From Octopus sinensis (lineage: Eukaryota): DNA of 64,000 nucleotides. A program made the translations under genes and the position numbers. The notes under the pieces were generated by a model. It saw only the letters and a list, made by a program, of their open reading frames with translations, was not told the DNA's origin and did no database searches. Shown in pieces: positions 1 to 13,290 of this stretch (positions within the stretch are counted from its first letter, which is position 1; each line of letters opens with the position of its first letter). The DNA lies in NCBI RefSeq assembly GCF_006345805.1, contig NC_043011.1:4712001-4776000 (forward strand), in the 5' to 3' direction.

Positions 1-56
1 CTTGTATATTTGTGTTCGATTTTGTTTATATGCCCGAGCTGTTTGTTATTCATGTT

Positions 57-469
57 TACTCTCTCTTTTACTCTTTTACTTGTTTCAGTCATTTGATTGC
101 GGCCATGCTGGAGCACCACCTTTTTAGTCGAGCAAATCGACCCCAGGACTTATTCTTTGTAAGCTTAGTACTTATTCTATCGATCTCTTTTGCCAAACTG
201 CTAAGTGACGGGGACATAAACACACCAGCATCGGTTGTCAAGCAATGCTAGGGGGACAAACACAGACTCACAAACATATACATATACATATATATATATA
301 TACATATATACGACGGGCTTCTTTCAGTTTCCGTCTACCAGATCCACTCACAAGGCTTTGGTCGGCCCGAGGCTATAGTAGAAGACACTTGCCCAAGGTG
401 CCACGCAGTGGGACTGAACCCAGAACCATGTGGTTGGTAAGCAAGCTACTTACCACACAGCCACTCCTG
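57..469 (-). mobile_element. tRNA-derived SINE family A, full-length copy
   Basis: On the minus strand: tRNA-like head (caggagtggctgtgtggtaagtagcttgcttaccaaccacatggttctgggttcagtcccactgcgtggc), ccttgggcaagt body, central (TA)/(TG) microsatellite and (AAAAGAGT)n tail; more than 12 homologous copies in the window. Confidence 0.9.
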
Positions 470-809
470 AAAATTTCCCTGGCATAAAAAGTCGGGACAT
501 GCCAGCAGATGGTTCTTGGTCCATTTAAGCATATTGTCATGGTCTCTGACAGATTACAACGGGCTTTGTTCTGTACGCGGCATTGAAAGTAATGAAACAT
601 CGAAGTTGCTCCAGGAAGATACATGATGTGAATTGTCACGCTTGCCTATGACTTATTTTCAGGTGTTTTAACACCAGGCGCATTGAGAATATTGTCTCTT
701 ACGTCTAAAACGCTGCCAAACTATGAACTTAAAAACTCACACATCTTGTGTATGTGCGTTCGATTTTGTTTGTATACCTCAAGCTGCTTCTGATTCATAT
801 TTGAATATA

Positions 810-870
810 TATACATACATATATATATATATTATATATATAGATAAACATACATACATACATACATACA

Positions 871-938
<68 letters not shown>

Positions 939-1070
939 TTGTTTACATACATACATGCATGCACACACGTATGTATATATACATATAAATACAAATATAA
1001 ATATATATTTATGTGTATATAAGCATGTGTATGGTATATAATATACACACATACAATATCCATTTACATA

Positions 1071-1105
<35 letters not shown>

Positions 1106-1122
1106 GATATATATATATATAT
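810..1122. repeat. Compound (TA)n/(CATA)n microsatellite
   Basis: Visible directly; source of spurious IYIY/MYVC ORFs. Confidence 0.95.
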
Positions 1123-1246
1123 ACCGGAGTAAACACATAAATGTGAAACAAGAGTACTCAAATACCAGTGGTAGAGTAATATGCTTTATTTAAAGCAGCA
1201 GAAAATTCAACAAAATCTGTTACTCTGAGTTTCTCGTTGCCGTTCA
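1123..1246 (-). mobile_element. Short PLE-tail-like element between (TA)n tracts, with a truncated hammerhead remnant
   Basis: Minus strand reads ...gaacggcaacgaGAAActcagagTAacag; same GAAA-ctc-a-gag-U-H stem III as the 22439-22501 motif, but the 5' core is missing. Confidence 0.45.
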
Positions 1247-1410
1247 TATATATATATATATACACACACATACATACATATATACGTATTTAATCCAACC
1301 GGGGATTTAACCCAAAACCATGTGGCTGGAAAGCAAGCTTCTTACCACACAACAGTACCTATTTGCTGTCCTTTCACCTGTCATTTCTTCTGCATATTTT
1401 TGCATATATT

Positions 1411-1440
<30 letters not shown>

Positions 1441-1441
<1 letters not shown>

Positions 1442-1852
1442 ACTCTTTTACTCTTTTACTTGTTTCAGTCATTTGACTGTGGCTGTGCTGGAGCACCACC
1501 TTTAATCGAGCAAATCGACCCCGGGACTTATTCTTTGTAAGCCCAGTACTTATTCTATCGGTCTCCTTTGCTGAAACGCTAAGTTACGAGGACATAAACA
1601 CACCAGCATCGATTGTCAAGCAATGCTAGGGGGACAAACACAGACACACAAACCCCCCCCACACACATATATATATATACATATATACGACGGGCTTCTT
1701 TCAGTTTCCGTCTACCAAATCCACTCACAATGCTTTGGTCGGCCCGAGGCTATAGTAGAAGACACTTGCCCAAGGTGCCACGCAGTGGGACTGAACCCGG
1801 AACCATGTGGTTGGTAAGCAAGCTACTTACCACACAGCCACTCCTGAGCCTA
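1441..1852 (-). mobile_element. SINE family A, full-length copy
   Basis: Near-identical to 57-469. Confidence 0.9.
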
Positions 1853-2010
1853 TAATGTATATATATGTATATAACATTAACTTAGAATCGCGAAAACATT
1901 GTCACACATCATCTTAAAAAACACTGCTTTGACGGGTGGTAGCGTTGTTGCGTTATGACTGTTGATGTAGAAACAGTTTGGGGAGAAAGCACGATGACAT
2001 TGACGATGAT

Positions 2011-2041
<31 letters not shown>

Positions 2042-2605
2042 ACTTTTCACAGATACGCATGACCGCGCACGCAAGAAACATTTGATTTTGAATGTTGAAT
2101 CACGATGAATGCCAAGAGAAATAGCGCGTGCGATTGCGGGAATATATAAATCCTCTTAGCTGCGGGTGATCGTAAGACGCTGCTCTGTGATTGCGGAATG
2201 CCAAGAGAAATTGTGCGTGCGCGCGCGCGAGGGAATATAAACGGTATCAGCTGTGGGTGGTCGTTAGTTGAGTAAGTCGTATGTCGAGAAATGCTTGTTA
2301 TTGATTTCTAACTCAGGAATAGGGCCACGGATGTGTAGGAAGGGAGCGTCGTCGATTAGAACTGCCATAGTGCGTTACGGTATTTATGCAAGCGCACGAG
2401 GGAACCTCTTCGTGGTCGCTCGATCTGTAGGAAATAGAAGTCAAATCTCTCAAGTCGCACACTACCGTAACATAAAAAGAAAGAAAGGACATAGGCGCAG
2501 GCATAGCTGTGTGTTTAAAAAGTTCGCTTCGCAACCTAATTGGTATCTGGTTCAATCCCACTGTGCAACACCTTGGGCAAATGCATTCTAGGTTAGCCTA
2601 CGGCC

Positions 2606-2910
2606 GTGGAGGCACATGGCCTGGTGATTAGAGTAGCGGACTCGTGGTCGAGGGATCGCGGGTTCCAATCTATGACCGGGCGATGTGTGTGTTTATGAGC
2701 CAAAGACCTAAGCTCCACGCAGCTCCAGCAGAAAGTGATGGCGAACCTCTGCTGACTCTTTCGCCACAACTTTCTCTCATTCTTTCCTCCTGCATCTTGC
2801 AGCTCACCTACGACGGACCGGCGTCCCGTCCAGGTGGAGAACCTATACGCCAAGGAAACCGAGAAACCGGCCCTTATGAGCCAGGCATGGCTCAAGAAGA
2901 AACAAACAAC
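2606..2910 (+). mobile_element. tRNA-derived SINE family B head with V-domain-like 3' part
   Basis: Head ggaggcacatggcctggtgattagagtagcggactcg shared with 32926-33307 and 34993-35290; 3' cgacggaccggcgtcccgtccagg resembles the V-SINE domain (recalled from the literature, not aligned). Confidence 0.7.
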
Positions 2911-2950
2911 ATAGCGTACGGCCGACCAATACCTAGTCAGTTACTTCGAT

Positions 2951-3921
2951 AGGCGGAAACTGTATGGCAGCCCCACAACCACATGGTTCCAGGTTCAGTC
3001 ACACTGCATGGCATCTTAGGCAAGTGTCTTCTACTATAGCCTCATATCGATGTTGTAGCGGACAGCCCCAAGTGAGAAGCGGGTTGTTCCATCACTGATG
3101 AATAGTGGACAGACACAGCAAGCAGTGTCAGTCGGCGAGGTACGCAGTATGGGCCAGTCATGCAGACGGCGAAATACATCGTCATAATGCGGGACATATC
3201 AGTGGCGGCAAGGAGACGAACTACACGCAGTGGCAGATAAGACTAACACAGAACTGAACTACACACAGTGAAAAATAATATAAATCAGTTCGAAGGATTT
3301 TAGTTAAGTCGCTATGTGTTAGTAGCGCTACCGGTAAACTATGCAGACTGGTAATACCTGCGGCATCCTGAAGGGAAAAATACTTCTGTGTGGAAAAAAA
3401 TATTAATAAGTTCGTGGGAAGGATTTAAGTCAGGTCGCCATATGTTAGTAGCGCAACCGGTAAACAATGTAGACTGACACTACCTGCGGCATTCTGAAAA
3501 ACAAAATAATAAAGTTGTGTGAAAAAAGAAAGAATCTCAAAGGAGGGAGGTGTTGTGGTGGAAACCCCCAAGTGAGAAGTGGGCTGTTCCATTACTAATA
3601 AATAGTGAGTAGACACAGCAAGCAGTGTCAGTCGCTGAGGTACGCCGTACGGGCCACTCATACGTCGTCATAATGCGGGATATATCAGTCGACCAAAGCC
3701 TTGTAAGTGGACATGGTAGATGGAAACTGAAAGTAAACCGTCGTATATATCTATTGGCATATATATATATCCATGTGTGTATGCCTCTGTGTCTGTATAT
3801 GTCTCCACCTAGCGGTTCGGCAAAAGACACCGATAGAATAAGTACAAGGCGGGTCGATTCAATCAACTAAAACCTCAAGGCAGTGCCCCAGCATGGCTGC
3901 GGTCTAATGACTGAAACAAAT
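2951..3921 (+). mobile_element. SINE family A copy interrupted by a TRIM-like element
   Basis: Head and body to ctatagcctc (2951-3045) resume as gtcgaccaaagccttg at 3688 and run to the tail at ~3921. Confidence 0.8.
3051..3687 (+). mobile_element. TRIM-like non-autonomous LTR retroelement (637 bp)
   Basis: Direct repeats 3051-3201 and 3551-3687, both TG...CA and ~86% identical; TGG-starting PBS-like tggcggcaagg at 3203; purine tract aaaggagggagg at 3539-3550; flanking 5-mers atcga/gtcga. Confidence 0.75.
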
Positions 3922-3969
3922 ATATATATATGAAATATTGCATACACAGACACACATCCACACACACAT

Positions 3970-4034
<65 letters not shown>

Positions 4035-4036
<2 letters not shown>

Positions 4037-5928
4037 AGGAAAATAAGACAAGGTAGAAAATGCTAAAATAATTTTATCATGAACATTTTAGTGCCGGTTT
4101 CAGGCATTGCGACAATTTCAACTTAGAGTAAAGCATGAAAAACAATTCAAAAGCGGTTTATATTTGGTGATAAAATATAACTCTTTACTAATGCGCTGAC
4201 TACAGGCTGCATCGTCCCTGAATTGACAGAGGGGAAAAATTCTGAAGCTGAGTTGATTGTTATCGGCGCAAATGTCGATGTGCTCGCTGATGCTATTTTT
4301 CTGTATTTCCGAATTTTGATCTGGGATCTATGTAGAGCCATCCTATGATGTAGACTGTTTTTGTTTGGCCTATTTATTGCTCTCGACACCCAGAAGAAGT
4401 TAATACATATATCAGGTTCTCCAAAGCATATGTGAAGTTGCTTTCATTGTAAAACATTGACCCTGTTAGAATGAGAACTCTGATCCCTCAATTAGGTTGA
4501 CGTATATACAGTTAGGCCTTCCGCATTTTTCTAGTGACGGCTTCAGTGTTGTTGTCAAGCCTATTCGGACTTGTGTTAGGAGACTTTTCATAGATTTGGG
4601 CTGTCTTTTGCTCTTTATGACGGTGTGCGTTTGGAGGATTAAATTCATTCTGTGGTCCCTTTTTAGTCGGGGAAGGTTTTGAAGGATGGTGTCGAAGGCT
4701 TCATTGTTAAGAGGGTTGTGCGTGGAGATGTATGATAGGGCTTATGGTTGTCGAGGAAAGGAAGTTGTTGATGGCTATATTCCACCGTGAATTGAATGTT
4801 TACGTCAAGTCCATTTATGAATGCTTGAAATTCTTTAAGTCTCTCTATACTTTCATGCCAATGAATGAAACAGTCATCTAGATATTTCTTCCAGTTGTTT
4901 TTTATGTAGAGGAAGAATGGATTGCTGTATTTTTCTAGTACCTTACGATGAAGACTGATTTCTAGATATCCTATAACTAGGTTAGCAAAGGCAGGGGCCA
5001 TTCTCGTACCCATCGCAGTCCCCGAATTTGTCGATAGAAGTCTTTGAAGACAAAGTAGTTATTCTCCAATTTTAGCCCTTCTATTACGAATTCTTTTTCA
5101 TGCGATGTGGGTGTTCATTGGCAAAATTCTCTAGCCAGAATTGAATTGCCTCTATTCTGAGGCTGTGGGGGGATATTGGAATAGAGGTTGACTACATAGA
5201 AGGATACTAGAAGGGTGTTTTTATTTATTGTTTTAAGGAGGTAATTGAGTATATCCAGGTCGTCCCTTATGTAGCTTTTGATATGCTTGAGGAATAGCTT
5301 TAAGGGGTATCTAAAAAGTTACTGAGACGGTGGGTTTCGCATGCGAGACCTGCTATTATAGGTCTCAATTTGAGGTCATTAGGAGTAAGGACCATGATTA
5401 TTTTGTCTGTGGCTATCCTGCATGCGTCACTGATTTTCTCACTTTTGTGTATCTTAGGAATACCGTAGAATTTATTGGATTTACTTTCGAAGCTGGTCAT
5501 ATAATCGTATTCCTTCTCAGTGAGTTCTTCTCTGTATAGGTTTAGCGTGGATTTTAGGTTTCTCGTTATTTTCTGCTGACTGCAGTGTTGGACCTTTTCA
5601 TAATATGTTGTGTCTTCTAATATTGATAGTACCGTGTCCATTAAGACAACTGTACTCCATTTATAAGCCTCTTTTTTATTGTTTTATCATCTTTTAATTT
5701 GTTCAGCTCAGCCCATTCTTTTTTGACGAAGTTTGGCTTGTGTTTTTGTTTGTGCATATATTGATATGGGTAATTCGAGACGTATTCACAGAAATGGTCA
5801 AGAGTTTTGTTCTTACCTATTGAAGGGGTGTAGTTACTTCTATTTCGGATTAACGATTCGTACTCGCTGTACTTGTAATTTTCTACAGAATTTTCTACAG
5901 CAAGTCGTAATTTTCTACAGATATCCGC

Positions 5929-5930
<2 letters not shown>
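4035..5930 (-). mobile_element. Degenerate Penelope-like retroelement (RT plus GIY-YIG remnants)
   Basis: Fragments KFYGIPKIHK...LRPIIAG, MGTRMAPAFANL, KYLDDCF, QLPFLD, CGRPNC and an endonuclease-like HRMALHRSQI; many frameshifts; bounded by (TA)n at both ends. Confidence 0.85.
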
Positions 5931-5994
<64 letters not shown>

Positions 5995-7070
5995 TCATAC
6001 ACACACACACGCATATATATACATACATATATACGATAAATATACGATAACAACAGTCGCCTTACACTGTATCTAACTAATCCTCATCAACACACACATA
6101 CGCACACACATACACACAGATACTTATATATACACACACTCAGACACAAAATTAAAAACACATCCGCACAACCGTTGGGTTCAACATTAATTCATATAAG
6201 GTGAATTAAACAAATGAGCGAATGAAATTGTTTAATTGAATCGCTGTCACTTGATAAGGAATGATATCTTTTCAGGAAAAAAACTCGATTCTTCTTTCCT
6301 TTTGTTCTCTCTCTTTCTCACTCTTTCAGACTTTACTATAGCCGACACGATGTTGTCTTGTATACAATACTCGTAACTATGTAACGAGAGACCACGTTTG
6401 TATTTTTCCGCAAGCATTTTTCATGTCATGATAAGCGTGTAGAATTCGTAATAGACGTCCCGAGGGAGTCGTTCACCAATCTGATGGGGCAAGAAGGGAA
6501 TTATGTAACCGTTTCCTTTCACGTTCTGTGTTTAAATTCCACCGAGGTTTATATCATCGTTTATCATTCCAGGTGCAGGCATAGCTGTATAGTTAAGAAG
6601 TCTGCAGCATCCAGGGCAAATGTCTTGAACTATAACCTCAATGCCTTGTGAGTGAATTTGAAAAAACGAAACTGCATGGGGCCTGTCGTGTGTGTGTGTG
6701 TGTATGCATGTATGTTTGTGAATGTGTATGTGTGCGTGTGTGTATGTAAGTGTTGTTCTTCCTTACCAACACTTGACAACACATATTGGATTGTTTACGT
6801 TCTCGTAACTTAGTAGTTCGTCAAAAGAATTCGATAGGATAAGTACTTGACTTTACAAAAAATAACTTCTGGTATTGATTTGTTCGGCTAAACCCTTCAA
6901 GGCGGTGCCTCAGCATGCCTCATTTTGGCCGCAATACAAAATGCAAAAAAGAGTGGGGGTTAAAATAAAGTAATGAAGTCGATATTTTGAGGATGTACTT
7001 TGGCTAAAACATGTAGCTTTGTGCCAATTATGAAATCGGTAATAAAGAGGGTAAATCAGAGACAGTAAAA

Positions 7071-7734
7071 TAACCTTGTAGTGCGACAAAAATGGCCGTT
7101 AGAGTAAAAACCAAAAGACCATTTGTTGGCCTAAAACCCTTCAAGGCGGTGCTCCAGCAAGGCCGCAGTCCATTGTCTGGAACAAGTAAGAAACAAAAGA
7201 TAACAGATGCTGGATTAGGAAATGATAGTCATAGATGTGCAAAAGATGAAGGACTTACTGACAAGGAATACGATTATATGACGGGCGTTTATTTTAATGC
7301 TGTAAAATATCGTAAAATATTATCTTGGATATTTTCGCAACCGAAGAATTGGTAAAGTCGTTACACCATCAAAATGAACGCCCGGTGCTCTGCTTTTCAT
7401 ATTTTCGGGATCGATAAATAAGGTACCATTTCAGTTAAAATCCAATACAGCTCATTGTTCATTTTAGTCTCTTCAGGAGTCGATAAATTAATACCAGGTG
7501 TTCTTTAACTCGAATCAGACTGACCCAAAATCAAAAGAGTTCTATCCATCACCATTTCATCTTTTGCACATCTATGACTATCATTTCCTAATCCAGCATC
7601 TGTTATCTTTTGTCTCTTACTTGTTCCAGTCAATGGACTGCGGCCTTGCTGGAGCACCGCCTTGACGGGTTTTGGCCAACAAATGGTCTTTTGGTTTTTA
7701 CTCTATCGGCCATTTTTGTCGCACTACAATGTTA
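7071..7734. repeat. Local inverted duplication (arms 7071-7250 and 7556-7734)
   Basis: ~180-bp arms with 5 substitutions and 1 indel; each includes a SINE A 3' part plus the same adjacent non-SINE sequence. Confidence 0.85.
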
Positions 7735-8567
7735 CGCGGACGCAAGCAAAGCAACACCGGTTGTCATGTGGTGGTGGTGGTAAGACAATTACAAATATAA
7801 TCAAACTCACTACACACACACACACACGTACACACATGCACATGCACACACACACACATAGCATGTAGACTGAGTTATAATCTTTGATACTCTATATGGA
7901 GAATTTCTAGTAGGAGATATCTTACATGTTTTTTCCTACATGTATAATTTTTTAACTCTTGCTAACAAGTGAAACATGATAATGGTGAATAAATAATACT
8001 AACAAGTTTTTTTTTTCCAATCTCCTGTTTTGATACACACACACACAGACGCGCGCGAATGTGTATAATACATATATATATATATATATATATGAATGTA
8101 TGTATGTTGCCAACTTAATGTGGCAATCCCAGGAAAGGGAGGAATTGCTACTACTATTTAACCCCAGGAATTATCGTCATTTCTCTGCATCAGTCTGGAG
8201 TAGCTTGGCTTGCTAGCTGTCGATGCTTATTCACCTTTGAAAACTTATAGCATTTCAAGTGAAATAAATTCACTGATCAACAAAATTAGAAATATTGCAT
8301 TTCTAAATCTCTCAGAGAGACTTAAACAGTTGCAGTAGCATTCTTCTCATTCCTCGGACTGTCACATTGAGTTGGCAACAAACCATCACTTTATCATGCT
8401 GCTACTGTCATTGTCGTTGAATGCTCGAAACGAGCGGTAGGTAGACAGTCAACGGCTGACGAAAGCTTTCTCTGCGTTTACTTGCCCTCTTTTCCAGATT
8501 TACCCGTTTGTTTACGTATTCCATATGGTTTGCACCATTGGTAACGTCCTGTACCTATATATCCATG

Positions 8568-8623
<56 letters not shown>

Positions 8624-8627
8624 GGAT

Positions 8628-8678
<51 letters not shown>

Positions 8679-8815
8679 TATATACATGGATATATATATA
8701 TGTATGTATGTATGTATGTATGCATCTATAGTGCGAATTTACAAAAAAAAGACGAAGACGGGTGTGTAAACAACAAACAGATGTATTAGTTAAATGCTCG
8801 GCAAGTGAGAAAGTA

Positions 8816-8849
8816 TTTTACGTTTCAAGCCTACGCTCTTCCACAGAAA
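8816..8849 (-). ncRNA. Minimal type I hammerhead-like motif, CUGUGGA core
   Basis: ttt CTGTGGA a gagc gtag gctt GAAA cg T a aaa; same family as the 3' tail of the PLE at 41633. Confidence 0.6.
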
Positions 8850-8929
8850 GGGACACAGAAATAAACAGGGATAGAAAATAGAAACGGTTTAGTGGCTAGC
8901 GATTTATCATGGCGAATGCCGGACATAGG

Positions 8930-9352
8930 TGTCTTCTTTCAGTTTCCGTCTACCATATCCACTTACAAGGCTATGGTCGGCCCGAGGCTATAGCAGAAGA
9001 CACTTGCCCCAGGACTTATTCTTTGTAAGCCTAGTACTTATTCTATCGGTCTCTTTTGCCGAACCGCTAAGTTACGGAGACGTAAACACACCAGCATCAG
9101 TTGTTGGCGGGGGGGGGGGACAAACATAGACGCACAAACATACACAGACATACATGTACACACACATACACACACACACATATATATATGCGATGGGCTT
9201 CTTTCAGTTTCCGTCTACCAAATACACTCACAAGGCTTTGGTCGGCCCGAAGTTATAGTAGAAGATACTTGCCCAAGGTTGCACGCAGTGAGACTGAATC
9301 TGGAACCATGTAGTTGTAAGCAAGCAACTTCCCCCAAAGCACTCCTGCGCCT
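8930..9352 (-). mobile_element. SINE family A, rearranged copy
   Basis: Homology to 57-469; the body segment occurs twice. Confidence 0.8.
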
Positions 9353-9407
9353 ATATATATATATATATATATAATATATATATATATATAAATACAGAGA
9401 GTGTGTG

Positions 9408-9445
<38 letters not shown>

Positions 9446-9634
9446 CAACTTGTAAAGTCAGAGTGCAATCTCCAAACCAAGCCAAACCCACTCGTGAGTG
9501 GCTACTAAACAATAGAATATTTAAAACTGATTTCTTACATAAAAACAAGCACTAAATTCTAAGGACGAGAAGAGAACATTCAATTTTATCCAGTCCAGCA
9601 GACTGCTGGTGTGTCAGTTTATTGACCCTCGAAT

Positions 9635-10067
9635 CAGGGCCATCACAGTAGCATATAGGCTTCCGGACAAATCAATGCACTAAGGCCAATAATATTTATT
9701 TATTGACAGTAAGCCGCAGCATATAGAGATCATAATTTGTTTCTTAGATCCGTCAGGTTCCCAAATAAATTAATGCATTGAGGCTTATAGTATTTATTGA
9801 CAATAAATCACAATAGATCATAATTGGGTCCCTACACTTGTGAGGTCCCTGGGTAAATCAATGTACTGAGGCCTATAATATATACTTATTGACAGTAAAC
9901 CACAGCATATATAGATCCGTGAGGCCCCGGACAAATAAATGTACTTAGGCCTATAGTATTTATTCATTGACAGTATACCACAGCATATATAAATCATAAT
10001 TGGCTCCCTAGACCCGTGCAGCCCCCAGATAACTGCCCAGCGTGCCCATAAACTTAAGGTGGCACTG
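9635..10067. mobile_element. hAT-type MITE with internal ~95-bp tandem repeats
   Basis: Termini cagggccatc / ggtggcactg form an imperfect TIR; flanking 8-mers cctcgaat/cccagaat (6/8); about four degenerate internal units. Confidence 0.55.
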
Positions 10068-12444
10068 CCCAGAATAATAATTGTAGAAGCTAGCTCCGGC
10101 GAGATTTGAACTTAGAACGTTCGTTAAAAAGCAGAAACATAACATCGTAAAGCAGTTTTTGTTCGATGATCTAACGATTCTGTCACAGCATAAGCATCTT
10201 TATTATTAGATACTGATTCATACCGAAATGAACTCAGTTTACTTCTCAAGAGGTCAAATGTTAGATGACAATTAAATTGTTCTCAAAAATCTCATAGTTA
10301 AACAATACAAACTTTCACGGGAGTATTGTTACATAAGCATTTCATTGTATAGTAACTAAACAATATGTGTATTACTTTCTTCTCGGTCTGACTTCAACCG
10401 CTATAACTATCAACACCACTGTCGCCACCGCCTCTGCTCTCGAAGATAAAGGAACTAAACATGAATTATTTTACGAAAAGGGAAATTAAAGGAAAAGGAA
10501 AATGAAGAAAAGAAAAAACAAAGTATCAAGAAAAGAATTTGGAGAATGCTTTTCCTGAAAAACATTATTTCCTTATAAAGTGACAGCTATTCAATTAAGC
10601 AATCATCGTTTTCTGTGTGTGTGTGTGTGTGTGTGTGTGCATATGTATATATATGTATATGTATGTATGCATGCTTGTATGTATGTATATATGTATATAA
10701 GTGTTTGTATATATATGTGTGTATATAAACTTATACACATGTGTATATATACACCCATATATAGCCACATATATACATATATATCTGTGAGCGTGTTAAT
10801 GTATATGTATCCATATGCATGTATGTATGTATGTATGTATGTATGTATGTATGTATGTATATATGTATGTATGTATATATGTATGTATGCATGTATCAAA
10901 GCGAAAACTAGATATGAAATTTAGCTAATATACTACAGCAAATAGATGTAAAATGAAACGAAAAAGTCACAAAATGCAAAACAAAAAGAAACCCCAAAAC
11001 CCGCAAAACATCAAGCAACATACAACAAAACCCATAGTATCTAATCTCCCAAAGTGTTTTTTATTGGCCACTGAACCCCTCTATTATCCAATAACGAGAC
11101 CTTTATCTCTTATCTGATAAATAAAGCTTTTAAGGAAGCCATAGCGCTGAAATGCTCCCGGCAATGTTTACATGTTTACCAATGTAGATAACTGACAGCA
11201 TGATGTCTTATCTGAGCGCTAAGATCAGCAGCTGGGATAAAGGAGCGACATTAAAATCTTTCTTCATAATGGGAGAAGATAAGATAGTGGATAATACCCA
11301 TCGTTAAGGTTTACGATGAACTAACCATCCCTGTCAAATAGTTTTCTCACTGGAGACATTTAATGCAATCGAGCGGTTCATCTTCCCTTTAATAAGTTTT
11401 ATCTCACTTCTAAACCTTTAACATTTCAAGGTTTATTTTATTCTCTCAGTGAAGCTATGTGCGGAAAAAAAGGGTCCAATTTTTCTTTTTTCTTTTCTTT
11501 TTCATTTTTTAGTGATTTAATAATGTTGAAGTTTGCCATAAGTATCTTGTGTTTCAATTCAACGTTGTTATCAATGATGGGTGATAACACCAATCATCGT
11601 TACCAGTGCCCCATAGCGACCACCATCAGTTAACTACGCCACCACTGAGAGAGACTGTAACATGGCTGCTCGATTTGCTGGAAAGAGCAACGTCCCTCAT
11701 ATCCTATTCTAGCGTCTTAAAAAGCGAAGGAATTTTCAATGTTGAAATGCCTTTAAAATGTCTTAAGGGAGATTTGTCTGTTATTTCTAGCACACCGAGC
11801 GACCGCAAGGAAGCTCTCTGTTGGGCGTTGTTATTTAGTCTCAAGTCTGCTCATACAGAGCTGAGCTGAGACTAAATAATGACACCTGAGAGAGAAAGAG
11901 AGAGAGAGACGCAGACAGATAGAGAAGGAGTGCTAGAAATAGCAGCCAAAGGTCCTTATATTTTTATCATACCGTATTAGATAACGTATACAAAAATATA
12001 CAAAAATATGGGATTATCAAAACGGAAACACAACGTTTATCTTATGCCTGCTCGACATAAAAAAAATGCATCGTTGTCGTCATCATCGTCTTCGTCGTTA
12101 TCATAACCTCGTTAGCGAAGCATAGACTACGCCGCTTTTGATCCTCTGAGGTTTGGAATTCAGCCGCTACGTCAATCTTGGTCCTGAAGAGCTAAGGAGG
12201 GGCTCGTGATTATCTGCAAAACCCTCCATCCACACCCCCACCCACATATCCCAAAAGTGAAAACTAAAAAATCTGACAGCTCCCTTCAATTTTGAAAGGA
12301 CCTGCCTTTACAGGACTCAAAAACTGTTTTGATCCTCCTTCCCGATTTTCTGTCAATGGATTGATCAGACCTGAGAAATAAAAGCCTAATCTAACTCGGG
12401 TACCATTTAATTGCCCCAGAAAAGGAATGATATATTTTCTTTTA

Positions 12445-12822
12445 TCTAATCTTGTTTCAGTCATTAGACAGCGGTCATGCTGGGGCACTTCCTTGAAAGA
12501 TTTTAGTTAAATGAATCAACTCCAGTACTTTTGTTTTTAAAGCCAGGTACTTATTCTGTCGGTCTCTTTTACCGAACCGTTAAGTTACGGGGACGTGCAC
12601 ACACCAACACCGGTTATCAAGCGGTGGAGAGGAACAAACACAGACCCCGCCCACATTAATATATAAAATGGGCTTCTTTCAGTTTCCTTCTACCAAATTC
12701 ACTGACAAGCTTTGGTCGGCCCGAGGTTATAGTAGAAGGCATTTGCCAAAGGTACCGCGCAGTGGGACTGAACCAGGAACCATGTGGCTGGGAAGCAAGG
12801 TTCCTAACGCACAGTCATGCCT
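12445..12822 (-). mobile_element. SINE family A, diverged copy
   Basis: Homology to 57-469. Confidence 0.8.
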
Positions 12823-12827
12823 ATTTC

Positions 12828-12837
12828 CATACATACA

Positions 12838-12898
<61 letters not shown>

Positions 12899-12937
12899 GC
12901 ATGTGTGCATGTGTGTATGAGTGTATATGTGTATATG

Positions 12938-12981
<44 letters not shown>

Positions 12982-12993
12982 ATTATATATATA

Positions 12994-13061
<68 letters not shown>

Positions 13062-13080
13062 ATATGTATTATGTATGTAT
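12828..13080. repeat. Compound (CATA)n/(TA)n microsatellite
   Basis: Visible directly. Confidence 0.95.
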
Positions 13081-13290
13081 TTGTGTCTCTGTGTTTGTCA
13101 TCACACCATCGCTTGGCAATCGATGTTGGTATGTTTACGTCCCTGTAGTTAGCGATTTGGCAAAACAGACCGATAGAATAAGTACTAGGCTTACAAAGAA
13201 TAAGTTTTGGGGTTGATTTGTTTAACTAAAGGTGGTGCTCCAGCTTGGCTGCAGTCAAATGACTGAAACCAGTAAAAGAATAAAAGAATA
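13081..13290 (+). mobile_element. SINE family A, 3' half
   Basis: gaccgatagaataagtactaggcttacaaagaataag...gcagtcaaatgactgaaacc tail. Confidence 0.8.

Noticed and set aside
3090-3190. CTGATGA...GAAA inside the TRIM left LTR
   Set aside because: No stem I or II pairing, and the right LTR reads ctaataa and lacks the GAAA.
4085-4125. Possible hammerhead in the tail of the decayed PLE (GAAA-ccgg)
   Set aside because: Core and stems are too degenerate to support a call.
6330-6373. Possible small exon after a polypyrimidine tract and AG
   Set aside because: Weak donor (c|gtaact) and no recognisable peptide.
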